DNA of 64,000 nucleotides from assembly GCA_964528325.1 (NCBI GenBank), contig CAZGSC010000001.1:6003-70002 (forward strand), in the 5' to 3' direction. A program made the translations under genes and the position numbers. The notes under the pieces are model-generated. The model was given only the letters and a program-made list of their open reading frames with translations. It was not told the origin of the DNA and ran no database searches. Positions 45,873 to 56,357 of the stretch are shown here, one piece after another; the stretch's first letter is position 1; each line of letters opens with the position of its first letter. The DNA comes from an uncultured Chloracidobacterium sp. (lineage in GTDB: Bacteria > Acidobacteriota > Blastocatellia > Pyrinomonadales > Pyrinomonadaceae).

Positions 45873-47177
45873 CTAAAATTCTCGGACTAAGATCGTGCCT
45901 GACAAAAGGTCGTGGAGTGCACGCCGTTCTTCATTGAAAAGGACTGTTAAGAACGGGGCTCCCGCGAAAACGACCGTAGCGAGGAACACGGAGGAATTAA
46001 CAGCCGCCTGACGCATTGTTGGGTATTCATTTTCTATGGCATCGACTAGTTCGAGCTGAAACAGCCGCATTCCCATCGTTTTGCCAAAAAAGCCGAGGCA
46101 AGCTGTCAAATAAATAAACATGACGATCGCCCAAGTCCCTGCAAATGTGAGGAAACTGCCTGCCGTGAACCAATTTCCGCTGGTAAATGCCAGCGGCGAT
46201 AGCATGAGCATCGTTGTAAATCCGCCGATGATAAAGTCAAACAGGCCGGCCCCGAACCGCATTGAGAACGGCGCCAGATCTTCAATATCGTCCACGTCAA
46301 GAGCCGAATTATCAGGTTCGTCGATCTCAAAATTTTCCGCCGTGATATGTATTCGTGTGCTCTCTGGAAATTGAATGGCCTGTTGGCCGCTTTCTATTTT
46401 TTCGACGCGTGCGATCACCGGTTTTTCAGCCAGTGCATCAGGCTCAGTTGGCAATTCGATCTGCGGAAGTTTATTCGTATCGCGTTTTTCGGCTGCCGGC
46501 ACAGACGGGCTGACGAGCTTGGGTTTTTGTAATGCCGGAAACTTTGCAGGGGCGATCCCAAAGACGAACGTAGGGTTATTGCCGCTCGGTGAAATAACTC
46601 CAAACGGGCGCGCAGGAGCTTTTTGCACGGGCGATGCGGATTTGATCGTTTTAGCCGGTGCTTCAAAAAAGTTATCTCGAGATTCGTTGATCCGCCGCAT
46701 CGCGCTTGCAACTCGCGGGTCACCTATCTTCTGGCTCGTTTCCATCTCGGGCTGTCTTGTCGGCTCAGTTTTCAGCGCCAAGTTTCCGTGATTTGCAGAC
46801 TGCATTTCCGATTGAGATGCTGCTGTTACAGCCGCATCCGCTCGTCCGCCCTTTCGCTGCTGAACCGCATTCTGCAGTTGAATTCGCCAATCCGGCAACG
46901 CCGAACTTTTGTTCTGAAATTCCACCAGTGTCTGACTGGTTTTATGTGTGACAAGGTTTGCAGTAGCCGTCCTTTTTTTAACAACTGGCGGCGGCAAAGC
47001 CTGACTCGCAGAGGCTGGCTGCGGCGTCGACTTGGCTTTGGGTTGTTTTGGAACGAGGCGGCCGCTTGTTATTTTTGACTCTAGTTCTTCCCTGACCGAA
47101 TCATTCATCATGGCGCCGCATGCTGGGCAAATTGAGAGTGTTGGGGCTAGACTCCGTTGGCATACCGGGCAGTTCAT
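45873..47177 (-). CDS. RDD-family membrane protein with an N-terminal zinc ribbon
   Basis: It starts MNCPVCQRSL...CPACGAMM, followed by a long low-complexity linker. The C-terminal RDD-type transmembrane domain ends ...RRALHDLLSGTILV. Confidence 0.65.
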   Translation of the reverse strand: MNCPVCQRSLAPTLSICPACGAMMNDSVREELESKITSGRLVPKQPKAKSTPQPASASQALPPPVVKKRTATANLVTHKTSQTLVEFQNKSSALPDWRIQLQNAVQQRKGGRADAAVTAASQSEMQSANHGNLALKTEPTRQPEMETSQKIGDPRVASAMRRINESRDNFFEAPAKTIKSASPVQKAPARPFGVISPSGNNPTFVFGIAPAKFPALQKPKLVSPSVPAAEKRDTNKLPQIELPTEPDALAEKPVIARVEKIESGQQAIQFPESTRIHITAENFEIDEPDNSALDVDDIEDLAPFSMRFGAGLFDFIIGGFTTMLMLSPLAFTSGNWFTAGSFLTFAGTWAIVMFIYLTACLGFFGKTMGMRLFQLELVDAIENEYPTMRQAAVNSSVFLATVVFAGAPFLTVLFNEERRALHDLLSGTILVREF

Positions 47178-47364
47178 AGGCTTTAGGCAGGATACTTATA
47201 GTTTAAAATTTTACGCAGAGAGTTTCCAAAAACTAAGTGATAGTATCAGGATTTACTTTAACTGGTCAACTCTAAAGCGCAGAAAACTTTAAATCTTTCG
47301 ACCTTTTATTGATGGCTATATTTTCGATATGCACACGTTTAACCACTTTAAGGAAGTGGCGCGA

Positions 47365-47739
47365 TCAAAGAGGTTGGCGTCCCGCAAAACCTGCATCTAT
47401 TTCGTGCCACCATCTGACCTCATTGCCCTCACCTAACTGCCAACAAAGCAGGACAACGCGATCGCCGCGCATACTGGGAAAATCGATCAAACCGCGAGTA
47501 TGGTCCTTTATTTCAATGCCAGGGCCATGCAGGTCAGTCGTCAATTTCCCGATCTTGTAGAGCGTGTTCACATACCCAGTGCCGCCTTCCATGCCGCCAC
47601 CGAAATTTGATGCACCTGCCGCCGCCCGCGCAGCATCGCGTAAAGCTTCGACGCTGGCATAAAGGCTACGGATCGATTCCAGCTTTGGAATTATAGTAGG
47701 CAGCAATGCGCTGGCTTCGGAAATCGTAAAAAGTTTCAT
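47365..47739 (-). CDS. DUF2203-family protein
   Basis: MKLFTISEASALLPTI...GIEIKDHTRGLIDFPSMRGDRVVLLCWQLGE..VRWWHEIDAGFAGRQPL is typical of DUF2203. Confidence 0.65.
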   Translation of the reverse strand: MKLFTISEASALLPTIIPKLESIRSLYASVEALRDAARAAAGASNFGGGMEGGTGYVNTLYKIGKLTTDLHGPGIEIKDHTRGLIDFPSMRGDRVVLLCWQLGEGNEVRWWHEIDAGFAGRQPL

Positions 47740-48407
47740 CTCTCGTTTCTGATAGACACAAAATCTGCGATGTTTTCTGATTCGGCTTCGTCAAAGCCGC
47801 TTTCGAAGTTTGCCGGAGAGCCCGCCGGAACGAAAGAAGGAATTTCGTAGCCACCGGGCTGCGTAACATCCTTTCGAATTAGATCGGCTATGTCGCCTAG
47901 GTCGATAAAAAAATCACCCACGTCGATCAGTCGCGGCGCCGTGTTTGAGCGAAACCCGGCGATCTCAACGCGGCAGCCTTTGTAAGCGACGGCGTTGATC
48001 GCGTAAACAAAATCTTCGTCACCCGAAACGAGAACGGCCGTATCATATCTCCCGGCGAGACTAAGCATATCGACTGCTATCTCGACGTCGAGATTGGCCT
48101 TTCGCGTGCCGTCGTAAAATGTCTTCAGCTCTTTCTGAACGACGCGGAAACCGTTCCGTCTCATCCACAAAAGAAATCCCTGCTGGCGTTCTGCACCCAC
48201 ATCGACGCCTGTGTAGAAAAATGCTCGCAGAAGGCGCCCGTCGCCCAAAAGCACGCGCAGCAGTTTGTTGTAATCAATGTCTATATTATGAAAGCGGGCC
48301 GCATGAAAAAGATTGTTGCCGTCAATAAAAACGGCGACGCGGCCACGATGCCCAAGCTGCCAGGACGTACCTGGAGTCGTATCGAACTGCATTTCGTTGT
48401 ACCTCAA
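47736..48407 (-). CDS. NYN-domain (LabA/DUF88-like) putative RNase
   Basis: RVAVFIDGNNLFHAAR...DYNKLL...RAFFYTG...VVQKELK...KANLDVEIAVDM...DTAVLVSGDEDF. It overlaps the DUF2203 start by 4 nt. Confidence 0.7.
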   Translation of the reverse strand: MRYNEMQFDTTPGTSWQLGHRGRVAVFIDGNNLFHAARFHNIDIDYNKLLRVLLGDGRLLRAFFYTGVDVGAERQQGFLLWMRRNGFRVVQKELKTFYDGTRKANLDVEIAVDMLSLAGRYDTAVLVSGDEDFVYAINAVAYKGCRVEIAGFRSNTAPRLIDVGDFFIDLGDIADLIRKDVTQPGGYEIPSFVPAGSPANFESGFDEAESENIADFVSIRNER

Positions 48408-48667
48408 AACAGCGAGAATTAACGGCCTGTTGTCGATAGTGCGAATGCGTAGAGCGGCAGCTTGAGTGAATGTTTTACAAAATCAGAGTCTGATCTTTTG
48501 TATTGCCTGTATTGAAAATATTAATAAATACTTTAAATCTATCTTTACATCACAGCTAAGTCCGACATTTGCGCTTATTCGAAACGAGCCTGTTCTTAGT
48601 TTGCCTATCGCTTTTCCAACGGTCAAGCATTTTGGAAGGCAAAGTGTTAAAATCGGTGCGTCGCTCT

Positions 48668-49681
48668 ATGGCCGTTGATCCCGAAAAGCAAGAGAAATCT
48701 GCAACCACATTCGATCCCGAATTTCAGACGGAGAATATTGCATTTGATCCGAAAGAGATGCTTGCTTGCGACGGCTGCGGGCGGACAAATCCGCCAAATC
48801 GTCTAAACTGCATTTACTGCGGAAGCGAACTCAATATACAAGTCGATGACGCCGCCTCGATCAAGACAAATCGCAGAACACTCGAACTGTGGGAACGCGG
48901 CTTTAATGTAATAGTTCGCGAAAACACAGCCGAACGGTCCTCGGTCGACAAGATCGCCGATCTTTTGTCGATGGATCCCGCTGACGTCTCGATGATCCTT
49001 ACCGTGGGCATGCCTTTGCCGCTTGCGCGAGTCGAAAACGAAAAGGAAGCAGCTCTCATAGTCAACGCGATGGCTCCGCTTGGCCTTAGTTGTTCGGTGT
49101 TGCCTGACGTCGACCTTTCGGCTGACAAATTTCCTGCCAGGCTGAGCAAGATCGACGATCTTGCCGACAAATTTGCATTAAAGGATTTTAATACGGGCAA
49201 TGTTACAGAGATAGCGAAAGAAGACATAGTATTGATCGTGCCCGGCATCCTCACTTCCGGCAAAGTCGACTCGCTCGAAAAGAAGCGACGCGGAAAGGAA
49301 ACAAAGATCCTCGACGAAACTACGACCGCAGAAGACGAAGCGATCCTCGACATATATGCTCGAAGCGATTCGAACGGTTTCCGCGTTCGTTTGGCCGGAT
49401 TTGATTTTTCATGTCTGGGCGAAGATAAAGGGTTGCTTGCCGCTAAAAATCTTTCAACGCTGGTGCATTTTCTGAAAGAGCGATCTCCAAATGCAAAACT
49501 AATAACTAATTATTCGACGATCAAACAAGCTCTAAACATCGTCTGGGAAATCGAATCTCGAAAGGATTCAAAAGGACTTCAGCGAATAGGATTTGGCAAG
49601 ACTGAGTTCGGAGTGGTCGCCTCGACAAACAACCTGAACCAGTTCACTAAATTTTCACGCCTGCAATGGCACCTTCTATGA
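48668..49681 (+). CDS. hypothetical protein with an N-terminal zinc ribbon
   Basis: The start is taken at MAVDPEKQ. It has CDGCGRTNPPNRLNCIYCGS. I recognise no family for the rest. It overlaps rlmB by 16 nt. Confidence 0.5.
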   Translation: MAVDPEKQEKSATTFDPEFQTENIAFDPKEMLACDGCGRTNPPNRLNCIYCGSELNIQVDDAASIKTNRRTLELWERGFNVIVRENTAERSSVDKIADLLSMDPADVSMILTVGMPLPLARVENEKEAALIVNAMAPLGLSCSVLPDVDLSADKFPARLSKIDDLADKFALKDFNTGNVTEIAKEDIVLIVPGILTSGKVDSLEKKRRGKETKILDETTTAEDEAILDIYARSDSNGFRVRLAGFDFSCLGEDKGLLAAKNLSTLVHFLKERSPNAKLITNYSTIKQALNIVWEIESRKDSKGLQRIGFGKTEFGVVASTNNLNQFTKFSRLQWHLL

Positions 49682-50502
49682 AACACAAGCAACCGATATC
49701 AAGAGATAAGCGACGCAGGAATGTTCGCAGCCCGGAGCGCGAAACCTCGCCACTGACAACACAAAACTCTAATATCATTTTCGGCCTGCTGCCTGTGCTT
49801 GAAGCCCTGCGAGCGGACAATCGACGTATCGACAAGGTCTTTCTTGCCGACGGAGCAAAAGAAAAACGTTTGGCTGAGATCGTTGAGCTGTGCCGTTCAC
49901 GGTCGATTTCGTTTGCTTGGGTCCCGCGCGAAACTTTTGCAAAACATCTGGAATCGGGAATAAATCACCAAGGCGTAATGGCGTTTACCGCAGCATCAGG
50001 TTATGTCGAAACGGACGATATTCTGGAAAATGCGGGAGAAACACCGCTCATCTTGCTTCTCGACGGTGTCGAGGATCCGCGAAATTTTGGCGCCATTATA
50101 CGCGTCGCGGAATGCGCGGCTGTTGACGGCATCATCATTCCCGAACGCCGTGCCGTCGGCCTGACCGACACGGTCGCAAAATCCTCAGCCGGTGCGGTCG
50201 AATATGTAAAGGTCGCCAAGACGGTAAATCTGAACCGCTTTATCGAGAAATTGAAAGAGCAAAACATCTGGGTCGTCGGCACAAGCATGGACGCCGAAAT
50301 GGAATACTCGGATTGGGACTGGACGCGGCCAAGTGCTCTGGTGCTGGGCGGCGAGGGCAGCGGGCTTCATAGGCTTGTCGCTGAGAATTGCGACGTCTTG
50401 GTAAAAATACCGATGTATGGAAAAATAGATTCCTTGAACGTATCCGTCGCCGCCGGCGTAATACTTTTCGAAGCAAGAAGGCAGCGAGCAAAGGACGACT
50501 AA
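49666..50502 (+). CDS. rlmB: SpoU/TrmH-family 23S rRNA 2'-O-methyltransferase (RlmB-like)
   Basis: It has an N-terminal substrate-binding region IFGLLPVLEALRA. The SpoU motifs are LLLDGVEDPRNFGAIIRVA, LVLGGEGSGL and SLNVSVAAGVILFE. Confidence 0.7.
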   Translation: MAPSMKHKQPISRDKRRRNVRSPERETSPLTTQNSNIIFGLLPVLEALRADNRRIDKVFLADGAKEKRLAEIVELCRSRSISFAWVPRETFAKHLESGINHQGVMAFTAASGYVETDDILENAGETPLILLLDGVEDPRNFGAIIRVAECAAVDGIIIPERRAVGLTDTVAKSSAGAVEYVKVAKTVNLNRFIEKLKEQNIWVVGTSMDAEMEYSDWDWTRPSALVLGGEGSGLHRLVAENCDVLVKIPMYGKIDSLNVSVAAGVILFEARRQRAKDD

Positions 50503-50507
50503 AAAAT

Positions 50508-51026
50508 ATGTTTTGCCCAAAATGCGGTGGACAAAATCCTGAGACAGGAAAATTCTGCAGAAGCTGTGGAACCGATCTTGGCAATGTATCGAGTGCTTTG
50601 TCCGCACCGCAGCAGCCGCAGCGGCTCGTCAATCACAAAGGCAAGCCTGTCCATTGGGAAGGTGCTATCACAAAGCTCTGCACGGGCCTCGCATTCCTCA
50701 TAATCTCGATCGTTCTCGCGTTTTCAAGCATGGGCCGAGGCTGGTGGTTTTGGATGCTCATACCCGCATTTGGCTCATTGGGAACAGGCATTGCCCAATA
50801 TATGCAGCTTCGTCGTGCTGAAAAAGGACAGCCGGTTTACATGCCTACTGGCAATGTGATCGCTTCCCAGTCGAATACCGCCTTGCCACAGCCGCAGACT
50901 GAATGGGCCGCTCCCGAATCGCGCTACAAGACCGGCGATCTCGTCCCTCCGAGCGTTACGGAGAATACGACCCGCCATCTCGAGATCGACAGCGAAGGCC
51001 AAACGATGACTCTTCCCAAAAAGTAA
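50508..51026 (+). CDS. zinc-ribbon membrane protein
   Basis: It starts MFCPKCGGQNPETGKFCRSCG, followed by two hydrophobic segments. Confidence 0.55.
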   Translation: MFCPKCGGQNPETGKFCRSCGTDLGNVSSALSAPQQPQRLVNHKGKPVHWEGAITKLCTGLAFLIISIVLAFSSMGRGWWFWMLIPAFGSLGTGIAQYMQLRRAEKGQPVYMPTGNVIASQSNTALPQPQTEWAAPESRYKTGDLVPPSVTENTTRHLEIDSEGQTMTLPKK

Positions 51027-51127
51027 GTGTTTTATTGTGTTTCATGTTCCGTTCCACCCTTAGTGGAACAAATGGAACAAGGTGGAACAAGATCAGAACA
51101 TTTTGAACACCTGAGAATTAACTTCCC

Positions 51128-53266
51128 TCACCGCCGCACGATAACGCGGGCGTTGGCCGAATTTCCATTTACATCGTAAACCCTTATCGTGACCGCGTAT
51201 TCGCCGGCCGTTTTGAGCGGCACACTGAGCGTGTAGCTTTCGAGCGGGCTGTCAGAAATACCGTCGTCGGCATAAACCGAGATCCATTCGCCGCCATTAA
51301 TGCTGAATTCGGCACGCGTCAAATAACTTGCTGCATCCTCTACCGAAAACGTTACTTTGGCCCGGTCGCCTGATATCACTGGCTCGCCTTTAGATTCAAC
51401 TTTTGGGGGCGTGTTGTCGATATCGATTGGTTCGGTCAATTTTTCACCTGACAGTGCGAGGGCTAACGGATTTGACGGCGTATCTTTGGCCACAACCCTA
51501 AAAATGTATCTACCATCAGCGAGTGACTGGCCGTCGATGGCAAGAAAATTGTCAGTCATTTCGCCACGAAGCAGTTTGAAGTTCGCGTCACCAACTTCCT
51601 TGTAATAGACGTCGTAAATGACCTTGTCGCCATTGCGGTCCTCCGCTGTCCATTGCAGCGAGGTTGCTCCACGCTGATAAACGCGGCGCGGCGGAACGTT
51701 CGTGTTCGGTATGCCGAACGCCGCCGGATCGAGCCCATTGATCTCGATATTAGGATCGATCTGCATCGGCGGATTAGCAGCAAGGCCGACGTTTGTCGGC
51801 AGAACCTGGATCGACAAAACTTCAGGAGCAATGTTGCGGGCAATGAATGACAAATTGACCTCGCTTAGCAACGCCGCAGATGTCGAACCCTTAAGAGCGG
51901 CACGCCATTGGAAATACCTCGCCTTCGGACTTGCGACCTGGCCGCCTTTTGGATCGGTAAGCGCGGTGCTCCACGCACTCCATGTTTCATCCGGCTTTTC
52001 TGTGTTGCCGGTTCGAGTTTGGATCGATACGCTTCCCGCTGCGCTCCACCATATTCGACCCCACGTTGCTGTATTTTTTGCATCAAGCACAGCGGAATCA
52101 TATATTCCTTCAGCGACAGTGTCCGGGCCGAAACGGAACAGCGAACCTTGATTGCTGGATGTTGCGATCAGACTGTTCCCTGCTGATAGCAGTGTCGATA
52201 TCTGATTCGCATCCGTCTGCAGCACGAGCGTGTCACGTGCATCATTGCCGATATTGTAAATGCGGCCTTTGTCAGAAGTTCCGAGTAAAACACCGTTACC
52301 CGTTTGATGAGCGTACAATGAAAATCCTGTAACCGTTGTCGAAGCCCACAAAATATCCGTGTTGCCGTCAGGCAGGATACGATAAACGGCAGATCGTACG
52401 CCAGACAGATCGTATCGGCTTTTAGCGGGCGGTTCGGGAATTGTAGAAGCTGGCTTGTCAGCGGAAACAGTTTTATTTTCAGGCGTCGACACCGGCACAA
52501 TATCGCTCTTTGCGGATGCCGATTCGCCAAGTGCGAGCACATACACCGAACCGTCCGGGCCGATCGAAATGTCGTGAATTTCACGCAGCGAAGAGTCGAG
52601 CAAACCGAATGGTTTGTCATCAGGTCCGAAACGCATCACCAATCCGTTCGAGTCCGTTCCCGCATATAGATTTCCCTGTTTATCGGTTGCGAGCGAAATG
52701 ATATGCGTCTCACTGGTGTCGAACATTAGCGAAGATTCCGGCGTCGCATTTGCCGACTTTACTTTATATAGCTTTCCGCCGTCGCCGGTCGCGACTGCGA
52801 GGCTGCCGTCAGGCAATACGGCGAGCGACCATATGTATTTTTCCTTCGGAGCGAAATATACCTCCGGTTTGCCGCTCGAGTCGATCTTGTAAACTTTGCC
52901 GTCGGGTGAGGTCCCGGCAAATAATTCCCCGCCGTTGCCTATCGTAAGCGAAGTAACATTCATTTCGGCAAGATCGGCGAACAGCGCACCCTTTCCATTT
53001 GCGTCAACCTTAAATACCTTGCCGTCGCCGCCGGTGCCTAAGAAAACTGTGCCTTTTGCATCGACTGTACTCGACCAGATGTAAGACTGTTCGGTCTTAA
53101 AAACTTCAGTCAGTTTTGGAGCAAGCGTGATCGTGCCGTCGGAAGTGATGGAAACGCCGCGAGCGTCGCCCTTGAGAACCTCGGCACGCGAATTTACCGA
53201 CCAGATCGATGGCCCGGCGGCATATGCATTTAGACTGAGTAAGAACAGAATTAGAAACGTTTTCAT
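51128..53266 (-). CDS. secreted beta-propeller repeat protein with C-terminal Ig/Fn3-like domains
   Basis: It has a signal peptide (MKTFLILFLLSLNAYA). The G(T/S/N)LF(L/A)GT..DGKV(F/Y)K(V/I)D..GK motif repeats about six times. The C-terminus has beta-sandwich-like segments. Confidence 0.6.
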   Translation of the reverse strand: MKTFLILFLLSLNAYAAGPSIWSVNSRAEVLKGDARGVSITSDGTITLAPKLTEVFKTEQSYIWSSTVDAKGTVFLGTGGDGKVFKVDANGKGALFADLAEMNVTSLTIGNGGELFAGTSPDGKVYKIDSSGKPEVYFAPKEKYIWSLAVLPDGSLAVATGDGGKLYKVKSANATPESSLMFDTSETHIISLATDKQGNLYAGTDSNGLVMRFGPDDKPFGLLDSSLREIHDISIGPDGSVYVLALGESASAKSDIVPVSTPENKTVSADKPASTIPEPPAKSRYDLSGVRSAVYRILPDGNTDILWASTTVTGFSLYAHQTGNGVLLGTSDKGRIYNIGNDARDTLVLQTDANQISTLLSAGNSLIATSSNQGSLFRFGPDTVAEGIYDSAVLDAKNTATWGRIWWSAAGSVSIQTRTGNTEKPDETWSAWSTALTDPKGGQVASPKARYFQWRAALKGSTSAALLSEVNLSFIARNIAPEVLSIQVLPTNVGLAANPPMQIDPNIEINGLDPAAFGIPNTNVPPRRVYQRGATSLQWTAEDRNGDKVIYDVYYKEVGDANFKLLRGEMTDNFLAIDGQSLADGRYIFRVVAKDTPSNPLALALSGEKLTEPIDIDNTPPKVESKGEPVISGDRAKVTFSVEDAASYLTRAEFSINGGEWISVYADDGISDSPLESYTLSVPLKTAGEYAVTIRVYDVNGNSANARVIVRR

Positions 53267-53303
53267 TGAATGAAGAATATCAGAGGAATCGTCACGCTGA
53301 CAG

Positions 53304-54632
53304 TCAGTTTTTAACTTTTTCTACCACTTTGGCACTTGTGAGATCTACAGCCGGCTTAGGCATTTCACCCGCATCGCCGGTAATGAGTCTGGCGCTGCGT
53401 TCGCGTGTGAGATACGCCCAAAACCATTCGACGAGCACCGCAAGCCGATTGCGAAAGCCGATGAGAAAAAACACGTGAAGGAACAGCCACATCATCCAGG
53501 CGATAAGACCTTTGAATTTCATTCCTGCGAGTTGGGCAATAGCCTTCTTGCGGCCGATGGTCGCCATTGTGCCTTTGTCGCGGTAAACGAAATTCTCACG
53601 CGGCTTTCCTTTCAATTCGGCAAGGATGTTGTCGGCCGTCGCCCTTCCCATCTGCATCGCGGCAGGGCTGACGCCGGGAACAGGCTCGCCATTTTCCTGC
53701 AAGAGAAATGCCATGTCGCCGATGACAAAAATATTCGGAAAACCTTTTAACGAAAGATCCTTCTCGACGAGAACTCGTCCGGCTTTGTCGATCTCAGCAC
53801 CGAGCTCTTTGCCAAGCGGAGATGCCGCAACTCCCGTCGCCCACAGAACTACATCACAGTCGATCCAATGATTGCCGACCTTCACACGGCCCGGCTCGAC
53901 GTCAGCAACAAAGCTGTTGAGATGCACTTCGACGCCGAGCGATTCGAGCTGCTGTTTTGCGCTGTCGGAAAGATGTGTGCCGAAAGTGCCGAGTATCTTG
54001 TCCGAGCCTTCGAAAAGCATCACCTTTGCGGTTCGCGTATCGATGGCCTTAAAATCTTTCGCCAGAGCCTTTCGCGCGATGTCGGCTATCGCACCGGCGA
54101 GCTCAACGCCGGTCGGGCCGCCGCCGACAACTACAAAATTCAATTGCTTTTGTTTGCCGGTAAGATATGCATCGCGTTCGGCGGTCTCGAATGCGACAAG
54201 GATGCGTCGGCGCATTTCGACGGCATCTTCGATCGTCTTTAATCCCGGAGCATCATATTCCCACTCATCATGCCCAAAATACGAATGGCGAGCGCCACCC
54301 GCAACGATCAAATAGTCATATGAGATCTGAGAACCGTCTGCCAGCGTGACGAGGTTGTTTTCTTTATCGAAACCTACAACCTCGCCAAGAAGAACCTCGA
54401 TATTATCTGCCTTGTGCAGAATGCGGCGTATCGGCTGTGCGATCTCGCCCGGCGACAAGACGGCCGTCGCAACTTGATAAAGCAGTGGCTGGAAAACATG
54501 ATGATTCTTGCGGTCGATGAGAGTAACATCAACCGGCTTTTCAGCAAGCGATTTTGCCGCCCACAACCCGCCAAAGCCGCCGCCAATGATCACAATGTTG
54601 GGCCGGTCATTCACAGCGTCAATTCCCGACAT
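53304..54632 (-). CDS. ndh: type II NADH dehydrogenase (NDH-2), copy 2
   Basis: It has NIVIIGGGFGGLWAAKSL, a second fold VVVGGGPTGVELAGA, and IFVIGDMA. Confidence 0.8.
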   Translation of the reverse strand: MSGIDAVNDRPNIVIIGGGFGGLWAAKSLAEKPVDVTLIDRKNHHVFQPLLYQVATAVLSPGEIAQPIRRILHKADNIEVLLGEVVGFDKENNLVTLADGSQISYDYLIVAGGARHSYFGHDEWEYDAPGLKTIEDAVEMRRRILVAFETAERDAYLTGKQKQLNFVVVGGGPTGVELAGAIADIARKALAKDFKAIDTRTAKVMLFEGSDKILGTFGTHLSDSAKQQLESLGVEVHLNSFVADVEPGRVKVGNHWIDCDVVLWATGVAASPLGKELGAEIDKAGRVLVEKDLSLKGFPNIFVIGDMAFLLQENGEPVPGVSPAAMQMGRATADNILAELKGKPRENFVYRDKGTMATIGRKKAIAQLAGMKFKGLIAWMMWLFLHVFFLIGFRNRLAVLVEWFWAYLTRERSARLITGDAGEMPKPAVDLTSAKVVEKVKN

Positions 54633-55638
54633 ATTTTGCGTAAAGTGAACGTGCAGCTGAAATGTCGTCTGTTCCTTTCACAATGGCCCTGCCGTCACGA
54701 AATACGGTAATTTCATTTTCACCGGACATAAATCTCAACAGATATTCGTTTTGCTTTACATCAGTCACAAAATTTATACGTTTTGCGAGTGACACAAGAT
54801 CGATCTTTGTTTGCGCAGGCGGAGCGATCTGAACTGCATTCCGTCCACATAAAACCGCAGCGAATTCTTGAGCCTCGGCATCAAGGAATTCAAAGATCTT
54901 CTGGCCGCAGCATTTGCAATCAGGATTTGGCTCACCGAGTTTGATGCGCTGACGGTCGTTTGCCCAAACATCGAACTGCATCAGCGAACGGTGCAGCGAA
55001 TCATTGTCGCCAACAAGTATCTTCAGAGCCTCGGCAACTTGGGCTGCGGAAACAGTCGCGATGATCGGCATTATTACACCCGCCGTGTCGCATGTCGGGG
55101 CCGAGCCGGCGTCGGGCATCTCATCGAAAATACACCGCAGGCAAGGCGTCTCGCCGGGGATGATCGTCATTGTCGTTCCGTAGCTCGACACGGCTGCACC
55201 ATAGATCCACGTTTTGCCATGCATTACACAGGCATCATTTAGAAGATAACGAACCTGAAAATTATCGGTACCGTCGAGTATTAGATCGCAGTCATCAATG
55301 AGCGATTCGACATTTGAGTGATTTACATCGGCGATGATCGCTTCGACATCAATTTCAGAATTGATCTCGGCGATACGCGCCTTTGCGGCGATGGCTTTTG
55401 GCAATCGTTCGGCTGCATCGCTTTCCTTAAACAAGATCTGCCTTTGCAGATTTGTGAACTCGACAAAATCGCGATCAACGATACGCAACTTTCCGATGCC
55501 GGCGCGTGCGAGCATCTCTGCATGTGCTGCACCGAGCGCTCCGCAGCCAACCAGCAGAACACGAGAATTTAATAGTTTCGTCTGACCGTATTTACCGATC
55601 TCGCGAAACAATATTTGGCGGCTGTAACGCTCGTTCAT
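54619..55638 (-). CDS. ThiF/MoeB-family E1-like adenylyltransferase
   Basis: MNERYSRQILF...VLLVGCGALGAAHAEMLARAGIG.LRIVDRDFVEFTNLQRQ, followed by CxxC pairs (CLRC, CKCC). The length and C-terminal domain resemble Bacillus-type MoeB. Confidence 0.7.
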   Translation of the reverse strand: MNERYSRQILFREIGKYGQTKLLNSRVLLVGCGALGAAHAEMLARAGIGKLRIVDRDFVEFTNLQRQILFKESDAAERLPKAIAAKARIAEINSEIDVEAIIADVNHSNVESLIDDCDLILDGTDNFQVRYLLNDACVMHGKTWIYGAAVSSYGTTMTIIPGETPCLRCIFDEMPDAGSAPTCDTAGVIMPIIATVSAAQVAEALKILVGDNDSLHRSLMQFDVWANDRQRIKLGEPNPDCKCCGQKIFEFLDAEAQEFAAVLCGRNAVQIAPPAQTKIDLVSLAKRINFVTDVKQNEYLLRFMSGENEITVFRDGRAIVKGTDDISAARSLYAKYVGN

Positions 55639-56357
55639 AGATCGAACAATTTGTTCAAGAAGCCCTCAAGTCCAGTTGCGTCTTTCCCGTCAGCCAAGTC
55701 AGCCGTGCCCCATTTCGCATCGAAGGCTGCTTGTTTGCGCTGCTCGTCACGCAAACGGCTGCGTTCACCCTCGATCTCCATTCGGTCACGTTGACGAGCG
55801 ATGTCCATTCCGCCTTTTTGGATGAACTCGATGATCCTAGGCAATTCGTCAGCGTCAAACCAAACACCGTGCTGCTTGCATGTATCGATGATCACACCGG
55901 AAGCGCGGGCAAAATTACTGCGGTTCATAAGCTGTTTGCATTTAGGGCAAGGAACGTAGCTGATCTTTGAAAGCGGCTCGGCGTTAAGTTCGCGCGTTCC
56001 GATGAAACCGAGAACGGCAGATTGCTTTTCTCTGTCGGCACAGACATTCTGAAACGTCTCAACATCGGCCCACATTCCACTGCATTTCTTGCACTCGTTG
56101 AGCGTAGTATCGCCGATCTTTAAGAGGTCGAGCCGCAAACGGCACCGCGGACACTCGCCAAGATCGTCAATATCTGCGACTTCCGTCTGTACCGCCTTTG
56201 CCCCGCAATGCCCGCAAAATTGACTGCCGACAAACATCAACCCAAAACACGACGGACACGCCATCGTTTTTAGCCGCGTTTTGCAAAATTCACACTGCGT
56301 ACTGTCGCTCGCAACGCCGGCACCGCAATTTGGACAATTTAACGCTTCCGCTGTCAT
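55635..56357 (-). CDS. multi-zinc-ribbon protein (two simple ribbons plus two zf-TFIIB-type ribbons)
   Basis: The ribbons are CPNCG...CEFC, CPSC...CGHCG, CPRC...CKKCSGMWAD and CPKC...CKQHGVWFDADEL. Confidence 0.6.
   Translation of the reverse strand: MTAEALNCPNCGAGVASDSTQCEFCKTRLKTMACPSCFGLMFVGSQFCGHCGAKAVQTEVADIDDLGECPRCRLRLDLLKIGDTTLNECKKCSGMWADVETFQNVCADREKQSAVLGFIGTRELNAEPLSKISYVPCPKCKQLMNRSNFARASGVIIDTCKQHGVWFDADELPRIIEFIQKGGMDIARQRDRMEIEGERSRLRDEQRKQAAFDAKWGTADLADGKDATGLEGFLNKLFDL

Noticed and set aside
46106-47078. Overlapping ORFs on both strands within the RDD gene (46106-46330, 46375-46791, 46623-47078 and others)
   Set aside because: They fall in the low-complexity linker of the 434-aa RDD protein. 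They have no independent start signals or family resemblance.
47178-47364. CCACTTccttaAAGTGG hairpin downstream of the DUF2203 gene as a terminator
   Set aside because: The stem is only 6 bp and no U-tract follows on the relevant strand. This is insufficient to call a terminator.
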